64,000 bases of DNA from Tricharina praecox (GCF_024521635.1 NW_026250457.1:1-64000); one strand, 5' to 3'; shown: positions 22,221 to 35,137, numbered from the stretch's first letter. Made by a program: numbers and translations. The notes: generated by a model from the letters alone, not told the origin.

Positions 22221-25200
22221 TTCGACTCCGTATTGCCTGGCCTAGGCGATTGATTCCGATCTAATCGCGAGGATGCATTCTGGAAAACACACAGTGCATG
22301 GTGAAAGACCGTTCGTCTTTTATTCTCACAATCCGTTCCTCGCCTGCACCGGAGTCTCATCCCTCAACCACCGCCCCTACCACCTCTCCCCGGCCCCCGC
22401 ACGTGGAGGTAGCAAAACATATTTCCACATCGCCGCGAGAACCAGCGCAAACAGTCCCAGCTCGGGTTTTCACTCACGACATCGACGCCAGCAACATCCA
22501 TCGAATGGAGGTCTGTCACTGCCGTTATTTCCGCGACGCGACGTCACATCGACAATGGTGCATATGGAAGATCACCGGCAGCGCTGGAGGCCCTGTCCCA
22601 CGCCTACCCTCGAAACGACTCGGATGACGTATCCCTTCGTGCGCGAGTGACAGCCCGAGATCCGGTCGACCGCCGTGCGAAGGCGCCGATGTGGCACGCG
22701 GGTTCGGCCTTCGGGCGGGACTAGCAAGGACTTCGGTAGCTATGTACCTGGGAGTGCGAGGATCGTTTGTTGTGTCTTGCAGCCACGCGGCAGCTTGTTT
22801 TCGTAGTTCTTCAACTAGCTCGGTTGTCGTATTGAGCTCAGATCGTCCTGTATGTTGTCCTTGCATCGAATGATTTTGATTGTGTAATACGTATTGCACA
22901 GAAGTACTCAATTCGCCTGATCCGTGTTATAATATAGCTTCGCAGACTGTCACTCGACATACGGGAATTTTGACTACTATCATCGTTGTCGTGGCTGGCT
23001 TCATGTTGCCCATGGTTCGCCTCTTCGGCTCGCAGATTCTCATTATTGTATTCCAGCTGCTTCATATTTGGCATAGGTAGAGTACAAAGCTATCACTTCG
23101 TGTCTGCAGTGGCGGGTGGAATTGACGTGTTAAGATACGTACTGGCGCACTTCCGTGCGGGTCGCGCTGTCACGTGGTCCGCAAGGATTCACAGTAGAGC
23201 GCCCACCGAGACAAAAAGGTAGTTAGAGAAAAAGAGAGAAAAGGAGAAAAAAAGAGTGAAAACTATATAATGAAAAAGTGACCGAAAAGCAGGGAGCGCA
23301 AAAGAAAACGAAAATTGGGAGAGCATATGAAGTAGGTAACAGCGAGGAGAGGAGTTTGGTGGTCAGGTAATGGGTTTACATGTCACGAGAACTAACCTAA
23401 TCCGGTACCGTGAAGCTGTTCCATCTCCACCATCACACCCACTTTTCCGTCCATTTCTCTGCGGTTAAAAACCTCTATCAGACCTACCAGCCTTTCTTCG
23501 TACACCTTTCATCACGTAGAGTACAACCCATTCCCGACATAGCCGCTGAGAGACCCATCTCCTGCGAAGAGGCGGAAGCTGGTTATGCAATGTTCTCCAT
23601 CGTCCAGTCCGGACGGCCGAAATCTCGGACTTTCCGAGCCTGCGCCGGACGATTGCAAGATCCGCCCGTCAAGTCCGAGCCTGGGACGTACGGGTCGGTC
23701 CCCATCCAACGGTACGTGGAGGACGACCATCCACGTCACGTGAATATGTCAACATGATTCGGCTGATTGATGATTTTTTACATAGTACTGATATCCTACA
23801 CTCCACCGCGCCAGTTCAACCCTCACAGCTCCACAAGCTGCGAAAAATAAGAGTAGGTATTCCGATTCGGCCGCCTAAAGTGCCGCCCCCGGCCCCTCGC
23901 ACAGCGCTACGGGCACCATGTCTCACTCGGCCACATAAAGTCCACGGCCAAAATCAGGGTTTTACCCACGGGCTGGCGGACGGACGGCCGTCGTCGGCTG
24001 TCTTGTCCGTCCAATGATAAAACAATGCCGTCTCGTCCCAAGCTCGGGCGGACGTACAGGAGCCACGCCGTCCGCCCTCGTCCTCGTCCTCGTCTTCAGC
24101 CCAGGACAGACGGACCAGCCGATGGAGAACACTGCACTGCACTGCTGTCCCTATCATTCCTCGTAGCTACTTACCTACCCAGTCCGTTCTCACGATCAAT
24201 AGCCCCACTACTTACGCGTATGTGCGGCAGATCGCCACCTCAACCCGAGTCCCGTCCGTCGACGGGCTGCACACTGCACACTGGCACGGTGGTACGCTGG
24301 TACCGACGTACCGCAGTGCTCTGCTGCCATCACATCACGGCATTCCGGCGACCGGTCAACTATCACCACGGCCCGGGGGCGTATGAACGTCACGTGCACT
24401 AGGTCACCTTCGAATCATGGCTTGGTGGACGGACGCGTGGAAGTCTACTTCCAACTCCCGCGTTACAACTCCCGCGTTTCGAATACCTAGTTAAAACTTC
24501 CGGGCAAGCAGTCAGGACTCAGGAGTCACCGTCAGGAAGCCTGCGCCTCACTGCCCCGCTGCCTCGATCCCTCCATGCCACGATGCCGCGCTGTCGCGAA
24601 CTCTGTGCCTACCAGTCAAGCCTTTGAAGTTTAGCAAGCGGGCTAAGGGATTGCAAGCGGGAATTCAAATTTGCCATTTGCAATCGCCACGAGTAACGAG
24701 TAACGAGTTCTGATACCGCCCCTACCGTCCCAACCGTTCGAACCGTTCCTACCATCCCTACCGGTTCTACCGTCAATACCGTCCCTACCATCCATACCGC
24801 TCGAAGGCTGATGGATGCTGGATTGCTCATTGCCGGAAACCTAGTCCGCCCGCGTGGACGGTGGGAGTTGTCTTCGGCCGTCGGAATGCGAAGCTCGAAC
24901 GGGGACGATGTCACACGCAACGCCGAATCGATGGCGGATACGCAAGATCAACTAGATAGGTACAGCCTACAGAGCCTGATGGCTCGGATCTATCCGGTCC
25001 GCGGCAGCCTCGAAAGTTGAAACCACTAGTACTCCGATGCCGCTACCTTTCGCGACTCGCGACTCGTGACTCGTGACTCGTGGACGAGTGACCGCCCGAC
25101 CGGCGAGATCCGGTCGACCGTCCCGTCCCGACTCCCGGAATTTGGAAATGCGCGGAGCTGGGGGGTACACGTATTCAGACGTGACATGACAAGCTCGGGC

Positions 25201-25533
25201 ATCGTTAGCAGGTACTTAATGTACCTAGATACCCAGCATTCGGGAGCGGGAGGAGTAGTTCCTTTATCTTTTAACCACACAGAATCTTGTTTTCCATATC
25301 CTTTACCCAGTAACAAGCTGGATCGTCATATCTGCGCTCGTCCTGTGTGTCCTGTGTGTCCTGTGAATTCTGTGTTCTGTCTCGACCTCGCACGGCAAGA
25401 TTTCGATCCTGTAGGTTGTAGTATCGCACCCAATGCTTTACTTTTACTTACCCAGTCCACCCTCTTGATATATATTGACGAAGGTTTATTTGTGGGATGG
25501 AAGAATCTTTGCCCTCTTCCCCTTCCCCTTCTA

Positions 25534-25659
25534 CCTAGAGTCCTAGAGTCCTAGAGTCCTAGAGTCCTAGAGTCCTAGAGTCCTAGAGTCCTAGAGTCCT
25601 AGAGTCCTAGAGTCCTAGAGTCCTAGAGTCCTAGAGTCCTAGAGTCCTAGAGTCCTAGA
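25534..25659. repeat. Perfect 8-bp tandem repeat (CCTAGAGT)x15.75
   Basis: Directly visible with no mismatches, ~380 bp downstream of the glucoamylase stop. Confidence 0.97.
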
Positions 25660-26038
25660 CGGTGGTGGCGGCCGAAGAAACATAGACGATCACTCGACAA
25701 AGGGAGTTGCGAGTGGCGACAAATATCAATATCAATACCGTCGTTACTGCCTGCATGTTACCAACAGCCTGCCTCTCCCAGTCTTGTACTCACGATTGAA
25801 GTTGCATTCTGTTATCCCGGCTTCATCACATTCCCCATAGGTAGAGTAGAGTATTGAAGGCTGTTGGGATGTGGTAGATGTTTGCAGGTGATCATGGATG
25901 TCGCGCACAGTTCACGTGGTCTTCAATGTTCATGGATTTGGGCAGCCAAAAAAACAACTTTTTCCATTTCCGCGGTTACGCCATAACCTCGCAGTACGCG
26001 TGACACTCACACCGCCGATTCCTCCAGCGCTGGCGTAC

Positions 26039-27831
26039 TTAGTACGCGGTGGCCCCATCCCTCGCCCACTTCGTCGTCAAGAAACTGGCATAGCTCCAGG
26101 TGAGGTCTACACATCCTCGTCAGTATCGTACCAATCAAACCGAAGGAACTCGACGGGACCGGACGCAACGTACCCCTGGCACCCTTCTGCAGGCCATCAG
26201 ACCTTCCAAACTGCTCACTCAGACTGCCGTTAGTGGCGGCGTGAGCCTGGCCGGTGGCGATGAAGGTGTCTGCGTAGTTCTTCATTCCGGTGACGATGTT
26301 TGCGTACGCGGTGGAGCCGGCGGCGTAGGTAGTCGCGGTGGCGGAAGAATAGAATTTCTGGTAGAAGCTGAGGGAGCGCGAGGAGACGATGATGCTGCCG
26401 CGCGCGGCGAACTGGTTGATCGCTGTGTATAGCACTTCGGCAACCGTGAATGTGCAGATGAACCAGGGGTGCGCGGTGGAGGTCCCTACGCCGTCGTATA
26501 CGTCGCTGCTGTAGCGCCCGATGGCGATGCCCGGTGCGCCGGATTGCGCGTTGATCGGGTACAGAGGGTTCATGACGTCGACTAGCTTCTGCAGGGTGAC
26601 GAGGACCTCGTCCGAGCTGGCGGGGTAGATGCCGAAGCCGCGTGCTCCGTTGCCGTGGAGGGCGCCGAGAAGGGTGCCGCAGTCGAGACCGTCGCGGCCG
26701 GTGTTGAGCGTGGACAGGAGGTAGCCCTTGCTGGAGCTCCAGAAGTTGGGGAGAGCGGCTTTGATGGCGGTGGCCTGCGTGGTGTACCAGGTGGCAGCGC
26801 CGGTGTCGCCGAGACGCGTGGCCAGCTCGGCACCTTCGACCAGAGCGCGCTGCTGAACCATGTAGTTGAAGAAGTGCTGGCCGGCAACCTCCTCCCACAG
26901 GTCGAAGCCGTTGGCCTGCCAGTAGTTGGCGACGTATTCCAGATCGTTCTTGATACTAACACAGCATCAGCCCGCACTCCCAGCAATCTCAAGAACGATA
27001 AATAAGGAAGTAGCACATACACCGAGTTGCTAGGATCTTCAAAATTGTCAGTCAACTTTCACGCAGGAATGAGGATCGAGTGATGAACATACATAGGCTG
27101 TCGTAGAGCAAGCTCGTAACGTACGAAGTCTCGCCAGCATCCAGCAGCATGTTGGCGAACTTGATCAGGACGGTGGCACGGATTGCAGGGCCATCGTTCT
27201 GGGGGCGTCCCCATGATCCGCTATGTCGGTCAGTACGGGAACGAAGATTGATTTCCGAGGAGCTGGATGAGGGATGCATACGTGAAAGGGGTTCCGTTGA
27301 CGAGGAACCTGGAGGTGTGTTAGCGGAAATGTGCAGAGATGTAGGTGGAATGCGCGCGGGGTAGACGAACTTGGGCTCGCCGATACCCGCGCCCTGGTAG
27401 CCGCCAGAGGGATTCGATGTGCGCTGCAGCTTGTCCGACTCGGTGGCGAATTCGCGAAGGAGGGTGTTGAGCGATGAGTTGCCGTTGATGTAAGAGTTCA
27501 GGAGAACCTTGAAGACCATGGAGGAGTCGCGGGTCCATTGGTAGAAGCTGCGATGACCGTCAACCGTGTGCGTCGGAGCGAGATCGGGGTAGAGGAAGAA
27601 CACATACTAGTCCGGGCTGGAGGTGCTAGGAGACGCAATGACGGCTCCAGCATCGACATTCTTGGCGAACTCGCCCTTGCTGCCGATGTTCCTGAAGAGG
27701 GCGGCTCTGGCGAGGGGCTCTTCGGCGGTAACCCAGGTGCTGACGGTGGTGCTCTGGCGAGACTTGAGAACACGCGAGGAGGCGGCGGCGATGAGGCCGG
27801 AACAGAGCAGAAGAGAACGGAGGAAACGCAT
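26039..27831 (-). CDS. Secreted glucoamylase (GH15), 7 exons, no starch-binding domain
   Basis: Signal peptide MRFLRSLLLCSGLIAAASS. GH15 motifs ASPS..PDYFYQWTRDS, GIGEPKF, WGRPQNDGPAIRA, FDLWEE, AIGRY..DVYDG, SEQF, DLTWSYASF. Stop TAA 26041-26039 directly after the catalytic domain. Confidence 0.95.
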
Positions 27832-28013
27832 GATCAGGGAGTGGATGGCACGGTCGGTGTCGAACCAAAGAATGAAGGAGTAAGAGATGGGGTGAGGAGC
27901 GGATGGACGGAGGAGAGGCGGGCCTTTTTAAAGGGCGCGTACCGCTAGAAGGCTGCGCAGGTCTCTCCTTTTCGATGACATCGTGCAGCATGGAGACGGC
28001 CGTGTCCAGCGCT

Positions 28014-28137
28014 GAGCGCAGACGCAAGTTCGACTGTTCCTGTTCGGTGCGAGCGCAGACGCAAGTTCGACTGTTCCTGTTCGGTGCGAGCGCAGCGCAA
28101 GTTCGACTGTTCCTGTTCGGTGCGAGCGCAGACGCAA
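28014..28137. repeat. 37-bp tandem repeat x~3.4 in the glucoamylase upstream region
   Basis: Unit GAGCGCAGACGCAAGTTCGACTGTTCCTGTTCGGTGC; the third copy lacks one base. Confidence 0.93.
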
Positions 28138-28586
28138 CTTCCACCGCTCCCGATCAGCTCGATGTTTATCCGACGGATCCCTGTCCATCTCTGTCGGCCA
28201 ATCGCTGGTTGGTGGCACCGACGGATACTCGGTTCGTTCGCACGTGCATATGGCAAATGCCGCGGGTGATTGGGTGGAGCACCAAGAGGGGACAGCACCA
28301 TCTGCACCGGCGACTGCATTGGTTGCTTTTTCTCTTTCTGTGTTGTTTGCATTTTTCTGTTTGGTGGTCGATTGCATGCGACCTTGCACTTCATGAGGAT
28401 TCTTCCTTGCAGGCTGCGGGTGACATGCGGGGAAATAGCATGGCATCTTATCGACCCCGCATGGCAATCTGGATATATCGGGCTGTATGTAGGCGACTGC
28501 GCTAGCGCCAGTGCGATGCCCAACGCACGCAGCGGCTGCAGGTACAGAACAGGACATCGCGTGGTATGATCCTGGTCGGCCGTTAA

Positions 28587-28666
28587 GTGGCAGATACTTT
28601 ATTCTCCGGCCGTGGCAGATACCTTATTCCCCGGCCGTGGCAGATACCTTATTCTCCGGCCGTGGC
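28587..28666. repeat. 25-bp tandem repeat x3
   Basis: Unit GTGGCAGATACYTTATTCYCCGGCC. Confidence 0.9.
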
Positions 28667-30280
28667 GTCATCCTTTTTCCACAGCGGTTCTGCTGCTGCT
28701 GCCGAGTACTGACTTGCTTGCTTGGTGGTGGCAATTCCGACTCGGCACCCGCCGTCCGCATATCACTGTCGCGGCCATCCCGCACGACATGGGGCCAGCG
28801 AGGCCGCCTGCGCTCTCGCCACGCCGGGATCCGCCGTGGCGCCGTGGGATAATCGAGGCTGCGCTGCGTTCTCCTTTCTCAGTGTCACAACCATCGGTGT
28901 GGTGGTCCATCTTCAGCGGAATCCGGCGCACCTCGAAGGGGGTTCGGTCGAGTGTGTGCTACATGCGTCGCGGGGTAGGGCATTGGATGCGCCCTCAGTC
29001 AAACGCCTGGAGGATCTATGCAGAGTACAACCTCTGCTCAGTCCGCGCGCTCCGCCGTGGGTGTTCGGCATGTGTCTCCTATCTCTAGCATTCACTCGAT
29101 CTTTGACATCTCCTCAGCTGCCCGTCCAGGCAATCGAACCTCAAGCGGCGTTACCCCTCCCCCCCGGCATTCGCCGCGGTAATTCGTATGCATACGTAGA
29201 GAACCTTCCATGCAGAATACTATCGAATCCACGCGAGCAGTTTGGTCTTACGGCGTGATCTCGACGGGGGTGGAAATATAACACCATCCGCACTGCGGGG
29301 ACAAGTGCCGGTACCGTAGTGAAGTGATGGAAGCATGATTGCCGGAATCCAACATCCCCGCGGATCCCTGCTCTCCAGCTTTCTTCCGGCTGAGCTTCTA
29401 GAAGGCTTCGAATTCCCTCACCCACATGGCACGTCGCCCCGCCTGCACCCACCGCTGCTGATGGCACATGTCTACAGGACTGCATGCGGAAGTCTGACCA
29501 CACTTCTCGCTTCCGTTTATCCATCGAAACGTGGAGTACCCACCTATGTAGGTTGTATTGCGACCCACGTCACCCTAGCGAGAATCGAGATATTGCCTGG
29601 TTCTCCGACCTGGGCTGATGATGCCATGTGAAGACATCGAGTTTATCCGTATACACCGCACTATGGCCAATTATTGCATCCTCCACAGCAACTACCTACA
29701 CTAAATCTTCCCTTCGCCGATTCGTCACATCTCTTACGATACCGGACAAAAAGCCGGCCTACGTACACTACCGGTACTATACCGATGCCTGTATGGCCGT
29801 GGGAGACTCGCTGCGAACCCCGAGTTTACTATCCGCGCTCGATGTTGCCAGCCGCCAACGTCAACGCCAACGTCGCGCCGGGGGGAAGTGCCGAAATGAT
29901 GCATCTCCACGTCTCGCCAATAGTCTGGCTTCCTATATCTTGCGCGCAGATAACCCCTAGAGTCGGCGGTGAGCCGGTTCTACGTTCCAGGACATGAACC
30001 CCCGCCCCGGCCATCACTTCCATCGGTGACGCCTAATAGCTACCTACCTACGTCGTCGAACGCTGTACCCACCCTGCAGCGAACAAATAGTGGCAGTGGG
30101 TATTCCCACTAGTTCCTCTGTACTTCTCATCAACTTGTAGACAGTGGGGTACGAAACCACCAGACCCAGCCAAACCCATGCGACACCAAAACGCAAGAAC
30201 CACAGCTGGCGCAACGACGTGTCACATGGTCCGGGTGATCGGCGCGTGTGAACATGTGCCACCATAAAGTAGTCGCAGAT

Positions 30281-30338
30281 TCGTAGTCGTAGTCGTAGTC
30301 GTAGTCGTAGTCGTAGTCGCAGTAGTAGTCGCAGTAGT
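30281..30338. repeat. (TCGTAG)n microsatellite
   Basis: About six perfect units, then decaying copies. Confidence 0.9.
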
Positions 30339-30578
30339 ATCAATTCAGCCCCCCCGCCAGCGGCCGCCCCAGCTGCCAAAGCTTAATCAGGCAAATCCCA
30401 ACCGCAGAATACCCGCCGCGGCTAAGCGATTGGCGGTGGCGCAGGCGTAGCAGCGCACTCACATACCCACTTGGGAAGCGCACAGTGCCATCCAAAGTTA
30501 AACAGCACATCGCCGGTCATACACCGAAACCGGAATTGCAGCAGCCGGTGCTCTCACATACAGACCATACGTACCTAC

Positions 30579-32189
30579 CATATCGAGCCGTGTACTAATG
30601 TCGTTAGCCTTATGTAGGGCTTGGATAAGCGTACGAAATAAAACAGTCCTCGTATCATACAGCTACAAGCGTGTTGAACTCGTGAGGCCTCAGTAAGGGC
30701 TGTGTAAAACTAAGGCTGATGTTCTCATTTCCCTAAAATTGTCGTAACTCCTACATCATACCTATCCATCACCTAAATCGGCCTTGTCACTTTGTAAGCC
30801 TCATAGCTTTCGTCAGGCCTATATCGTCATTGTTGAAATGCACAGCACTGCCGTACAATAATGACTGTGAGCCTGGCAGGTTTTGTGAAGCATTATGGGA
30901 TGCATCAGCCCGGGACAGAAAACCCAGTATGATGTAAGCGTTCAATGAGTCTTATTCGAACTATGGGTTCCATCACTCTTATGAGTTAGTAGCTCATATG
31001 CGAAAATCAGACCGTGTGATACGGAAATTCTTATATCCGCCTTGTGTCCGTCTGGCACTGGCACTCTGAGCAGGATGTGTCGTGCCCAGCGTACGCCTCA
31101 CCAATTGCGGGGCCGAGAGGAGCTTTAGCATTCACTGCAGAGGAGAGAGTGGAGAGGGGGGGGGGGGGCGGGGGGGAGGGGGTTATTCGTGTATTCTGTA
31201 GATGATGATGATGAGAGAGAGAGAGAGAAAGAGAGACAGCTCGGACAGCTCTCCCTCTTGCCCACAGGAGCTCATCGGCTTCAATCAAACCTGCCAGACA
31301 ATGTCCCAGCGGGTTGTTAGGCGCAGAGTTTTATGAAGACAGATATGGTGAGGGTTATTTTGCAGTTAAAAGTTTAAACCCCACTTGCTAACAGCTCCTC
31401 CTCTCGCCCACTGCTCCCCCATCACTTCCTCCACTTCCTCCTCTCGCCGCAACTGCTACTCCCGCCGCAACTGCTACTCACACTCCCACCGCAACTACAA
31501 CTCCCGCCGCAACTGCTACTCACACTCCCACCGCAACTACAACTCCCGCTGATAGCTCCTCTCTCACATAGTTCCTACATACCCCCGCCGCAACTGCAAC
31601 TCCTCGTCCTCTCATAGACAACTCATTCTTCACCCCACCACACCCCTGGCACTTACTTGAAGGATAATGCTGACAAGCTATAGGAAAACAACGGTTAGTA
31701 AGGCGATACAGTACCTAGGGTCCACTGCGGCGAGGCCAGCGAGGCCAGCATGTTATCCACAGCGACGAGCAGTAGTGGGGACACAGTAAGGTGAGTGCGG
31801 GACAGTATGGAAATGCTGACGGGGGAGTGGGGAGCGGGGAAGGAGAGTAGTTTAGGTATATAAGGGTATGGAACAAGTGATAGTCATCGTCAAGTGAACA
31901 GCATCGAGAAGTGATAAGTATTGCAAGAGATGAGGCTTGTCGCAGACGAAGTCATTTTGAGAGTATAAGCCTTACTAATCCTTATTTTTCAAAATTCCTT
32001 GCAGAGCCCATATGGAACCCTTATGAGCTTCTAAGGCGGGCCGGCCAGTAGTCTTTGCAGAAGGCTTACGAGTTGGGACTGATTTTCACTGCACTCAGGA
32101 TGGTATTTTTTCGTCAAGAGTATTGTGCCAAAATCGCCCTCATGTTTAGCTGCCATAATGCTTTTGACTTTAGTACACGGCTCGATATG
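30579..32189. mobile_element. Putative 1.6-kb non-autonomous TIR DNA transposon, superfamily unassigned
   Basis: 20-bp perfect inverted repeat CATATCGAGCCGTGTACTAA at 30579 and 32189, extending imperfectly to ~35 bp. The termini can be read with a TA or an ATAT TSD. The interior has simple repeats and no recognisable transposase. Confidence 0.65.
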
Positions 32190-32293
32190 ATACTTACCTG
32201 TGAAGTATAGCCTTTACAAAGCGTGCGAGAACTCACACCCGAATCCACTCCACTCCTGGTGCTCCCTTCGCCGCCTCCTCTTCGCCTCCTCTC

Positions 32294-32835
32294 CAGGCCT
32301 CGGAATCGTCCGTCGCGTCCGTCCGAGCCTATGCCCCGGACCAGACGGAATTTGTCGGGCCCGGAATATCAAGGACTACAGGGCTCCGGCCAAGCCAGAG
32401 GTCGACTGGGGCCCCATTCGGGCCCGGATATCTTGGCGCTAGTACTAGCCTTGGACTGTGGCGCTGCAGGCCGCAATTACGCTTAGGAGAAGACGACTGA
32501 GGAGTTGGCAGCACGGCGAGGAGTAGACGGCTAAGGAGACACCTCTGCCGGCAGATCCTACACCCTGTGCATGTCCGTTACTCTCTGTTCAATCCCGTAT
32601 CAGATCGGATGCAAAATTTTCACTGGCCAAAATCTTCCGGACAGCCGGCACCGTACACTTCATAGCCAGCCGCTTCCACCCTAAATATTTACGGGCCCCA
32701 CGGGGCCCCACTCGGGCCCGAAGCTTTTTAAACCTGGGACGGAGCCCGACTCGTCCGGCCAAATCCTCGCCCCAGACGGGACGGCGCCGCCGGGCCCCAG
32801 TAGTCTTCCGTCCGGACGGACTCTTCCCAGGCCTG
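32294..32835. mobile_element. hAT-family non-autonomous element (MITE), 542 bp
   Basis: Imperfect TIR CAGGCCT(C/G)GGAA..GTCCGTC; perfect 8-bp TSD CTCCTCTC (32286-32293, 32836-32843); subterminal GGGCCC and GACGG repeats. Confidence 0.88.
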
Positions 32836-33331
32836 CTCCTCTCCTCTTCAGCCCTAAGCGCGGCAGCGCGTTCGTTTTCTGCTGAGTAGTTTCACAAAGA
32901 TGATAGCGTGGGGATTCCTGAGATCCTACAATCCAGCGGTAGTTGATTCAAACCTAGCCATGGGCTTCGGCTTCGGCTTCGGCTGGGTGCTAGTTAATAC
33001 GCCGATGCCTGATGGGAACGCGGATACCGGATACCGGTATCCGCCTCGGCTCAGGGCTGAGTAATGGCCGCGGACACCGCCCGCGAGTCTGCGACTGATC
33101 ACTAGAATTTGAATTACGATCCGCCTGTGAACCTTCATTCCAATGGAGGGAATTGCCCGCCACAGCCGGTGGCGCGGGAATACCTACCTCAGGGTTGTTG
33201 GCAGGCAGCCTTCGCAGGAAGCGAATGTGGAAAAGATTTGCCCCCGTGGTATCTAGATGTTGTAGTATAGCCCTATGCTACTAGGTAAGTAAGTGTACTA
33301 ATGAAAAACGATTAGGGAGCAAAAAGAAGAT

Positions 33332-33418
33332 CTCTCTGTCAGGGAATTGAACCCTGGTCTCCCGCGAACTATAACTTAGAATGACAGGCGGAAATACTAA
33401 CCACTATACTAACAGAGA
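33332..33418 (-). tRNA. tRNA-Asp(GTC) with a 15-nt intron (33367-33381)
   Basis: Acceptor stem TCTCTGT/ACAGAGA; D-loop AGTGGTTA; anticodon CT-GTC-A with the intron at the canonical 37/38 position; T-arm CAGGG-TTCAATT-CCCTG; downstream T5 Pol III terminator. Confidence 0.93.
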
Positions 33419-34311
33419 TTGATGAAAAAACTACGAAGCAATACCTTCTGTATATGAACGACGCGGAGTCCAACATTGCGTCATCTTTACCAGGGCCGCG
33501 GGGACGAATCAGATCTCGTATCGTTCTGATGTCGTCATCACCCCCCTCTCCGGCCCAGAAGCAATCCTGCATGCAAGAGGAGAATACATACATCATAGTC
33601 AAAGCTGTCACCCAGGCAGTTCCAGCACCGTCACAAGCATCAGCTAGTTGGGCGCACCAGAATAACTGGTTAATGTAACCGCACGGTCGGGCAAGGCTCC
33701 AGGTAGCGAAGTCGGGCTGGGGATCGGGTTCTAGGCTCGGCACAGGCAAGACGGGTTCAGAAGACATGGTGAGGCAGGGCTCAGTGCAGACGGCAACTGA
33801 GAACAGGGACGAGGACTACGGCGTAGACGGCAGCCGAGGCAAGGACAGAGGTAACTGTAATTGATTCAACAATTTGTTGCGTGAAGAACTAAGTACAGAG
33901 GGGCATTGACCGGTTTATATAGGAAATCCTCCACTCCTTCCCGCAACCTGACAATGACTGTGGGCGTGTGCCAGACCCAGAGAAATCCACCTTGCCAGTA
34001 CCTTGCTTCGGTGACTCATACCCTGCGCAGCCAGGCTACTCCTGCTTCCTGCACACAGCCACAACCCCTCAGCGGCTCATCCTTGCATTGCTGGTGCACT
34101 GCCTGTGCACTGCCTTCCAGCTCTTCCAATCCTTGCGCCGACCCTTCCTTCGTCATTCCGTCGCGGGCCGTCACAGTAGTCCCTTCCAAGGCTTGAGTTC
34201 CGACGAGAGCAAGTTTGACTAGTCAAGGCTCCATGGGTATCGGTGATGGAAGCCGTCCACAGCTTGTACCTCCGTAAGGTTCTCCTCTGGTTCTCACTTT
34301 GGTGCCGCTTA

Positions 34312-34640
34312 GTAATAAAGTACACTGGGAAAGTACTATACCACTTGGCCAAAAGGTATTTTGATGGCTGAAGGCCATCATCCCAATAGCTACTTAACGC
34401 CAGGATTTCTGAACTGTGACAGTATCCCCTCTTTAGGGGCTTACTCCAGGAAGCCTTCAAGTAGTTAACCCCCAATGAGTGATATTTTATGATAATAATG
34501 ATAAACCATCACTCAATGTAAGCCATGCAATTCCTGAGCAACGCTGCAGCAGAGGAAAGTAACTGCTCGCAGTGTAAATTGAACCCATGACCTTGGCAGC
34601 TATCAAACTGTAATAAAGTCCACTGGGAAAGTACTATACC
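34312..34640 (-). repeat. Two partial copies of a ~145-180 bp LTR-like repeat with tRNA-like A/B boxes, around a ~120-bp spacer containing a PPT
   Basis: 34312-34421 and 34540-34640 match 35528-35672. The minus strand reads AAAGAGGGGATAC|TGTCACAG at 34434-34414. Confidence 0.6.
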
Positions 34641-35137
34641 TGTGAGACTGGAACGAGTTTGTGTCGTCGGAGTCTATGGTATTATCGAGTGTAGAATAAA
34701 AGTCAGGGATTTCAATAATTCACAACGGAATAATTTTAAGGGTGTTTCTTCGATGGTTTGTTCGGTGCGATGATTGTGTTTTGGTTCGGTTGCCCGCTCG
34801 GTTCGTCTTATAGTAGTCCCGATCCTCAGCACGTGATTTCTCTAGAGTGCGGCCTAACGTAGCTCCGTTGCTTCCTTTGCATCGGAGTTCGGCGGCCTAG
34901 CCTCGAGTCGTTGTCAGCTCTCTTCGGAAAGTCTTCTCGACTAGGCAGGTGGTAAACACCACGCACCCAAGATAGATCGGAGTTTCCGAGCAATTATCTC
35001 CCTCATGCGCCGGCAGAGTTCTTCGCTCGCAGTTCTCTTCCCCCATAGGTCAATGTTTCATTCTCTCGTCATAACAGTTTTTCCCTGGATCGGAGTTCCT
35101 ACTGCGGGGCCCTATGAACGGACATCTCAAAGTCCTC
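34641..35137 (-). mobile_element. Truncated family-Y LTR
   Basis: Begins TGTGAGACTGGAACGAG like 37522-38210 and breaks off after ~500 bp. Confidence 0.88.

Noticed and set aside
22525..25554. Numerous overlapping 60-160 aa ORFs and short 7-9 bp imperfect repeats
   Set aside because: No domain motifs or coherent exon chain; consistent with GC-rich intergenic sequence.
25534..25659. (CCTAGAGT)n as an interstitial telomere
   Set aside because: It does not match TTAGGG-type repeats and nothing indicates a chromosome end or fusion.
27900..27921. CGG-N8-(A/C)GG AmyR-like sites near the glucoamylase
   Set aside because: They lie between the TATA-like TTTAAAAA and the ATG, in a low-complexity purine tract, so chance is likely.
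28014..28137. 37-bp repeats as a CRISPR array
   Set aside because: The units are directly tandem with no spacers, the context is eukaryotic and there are no cas genes.
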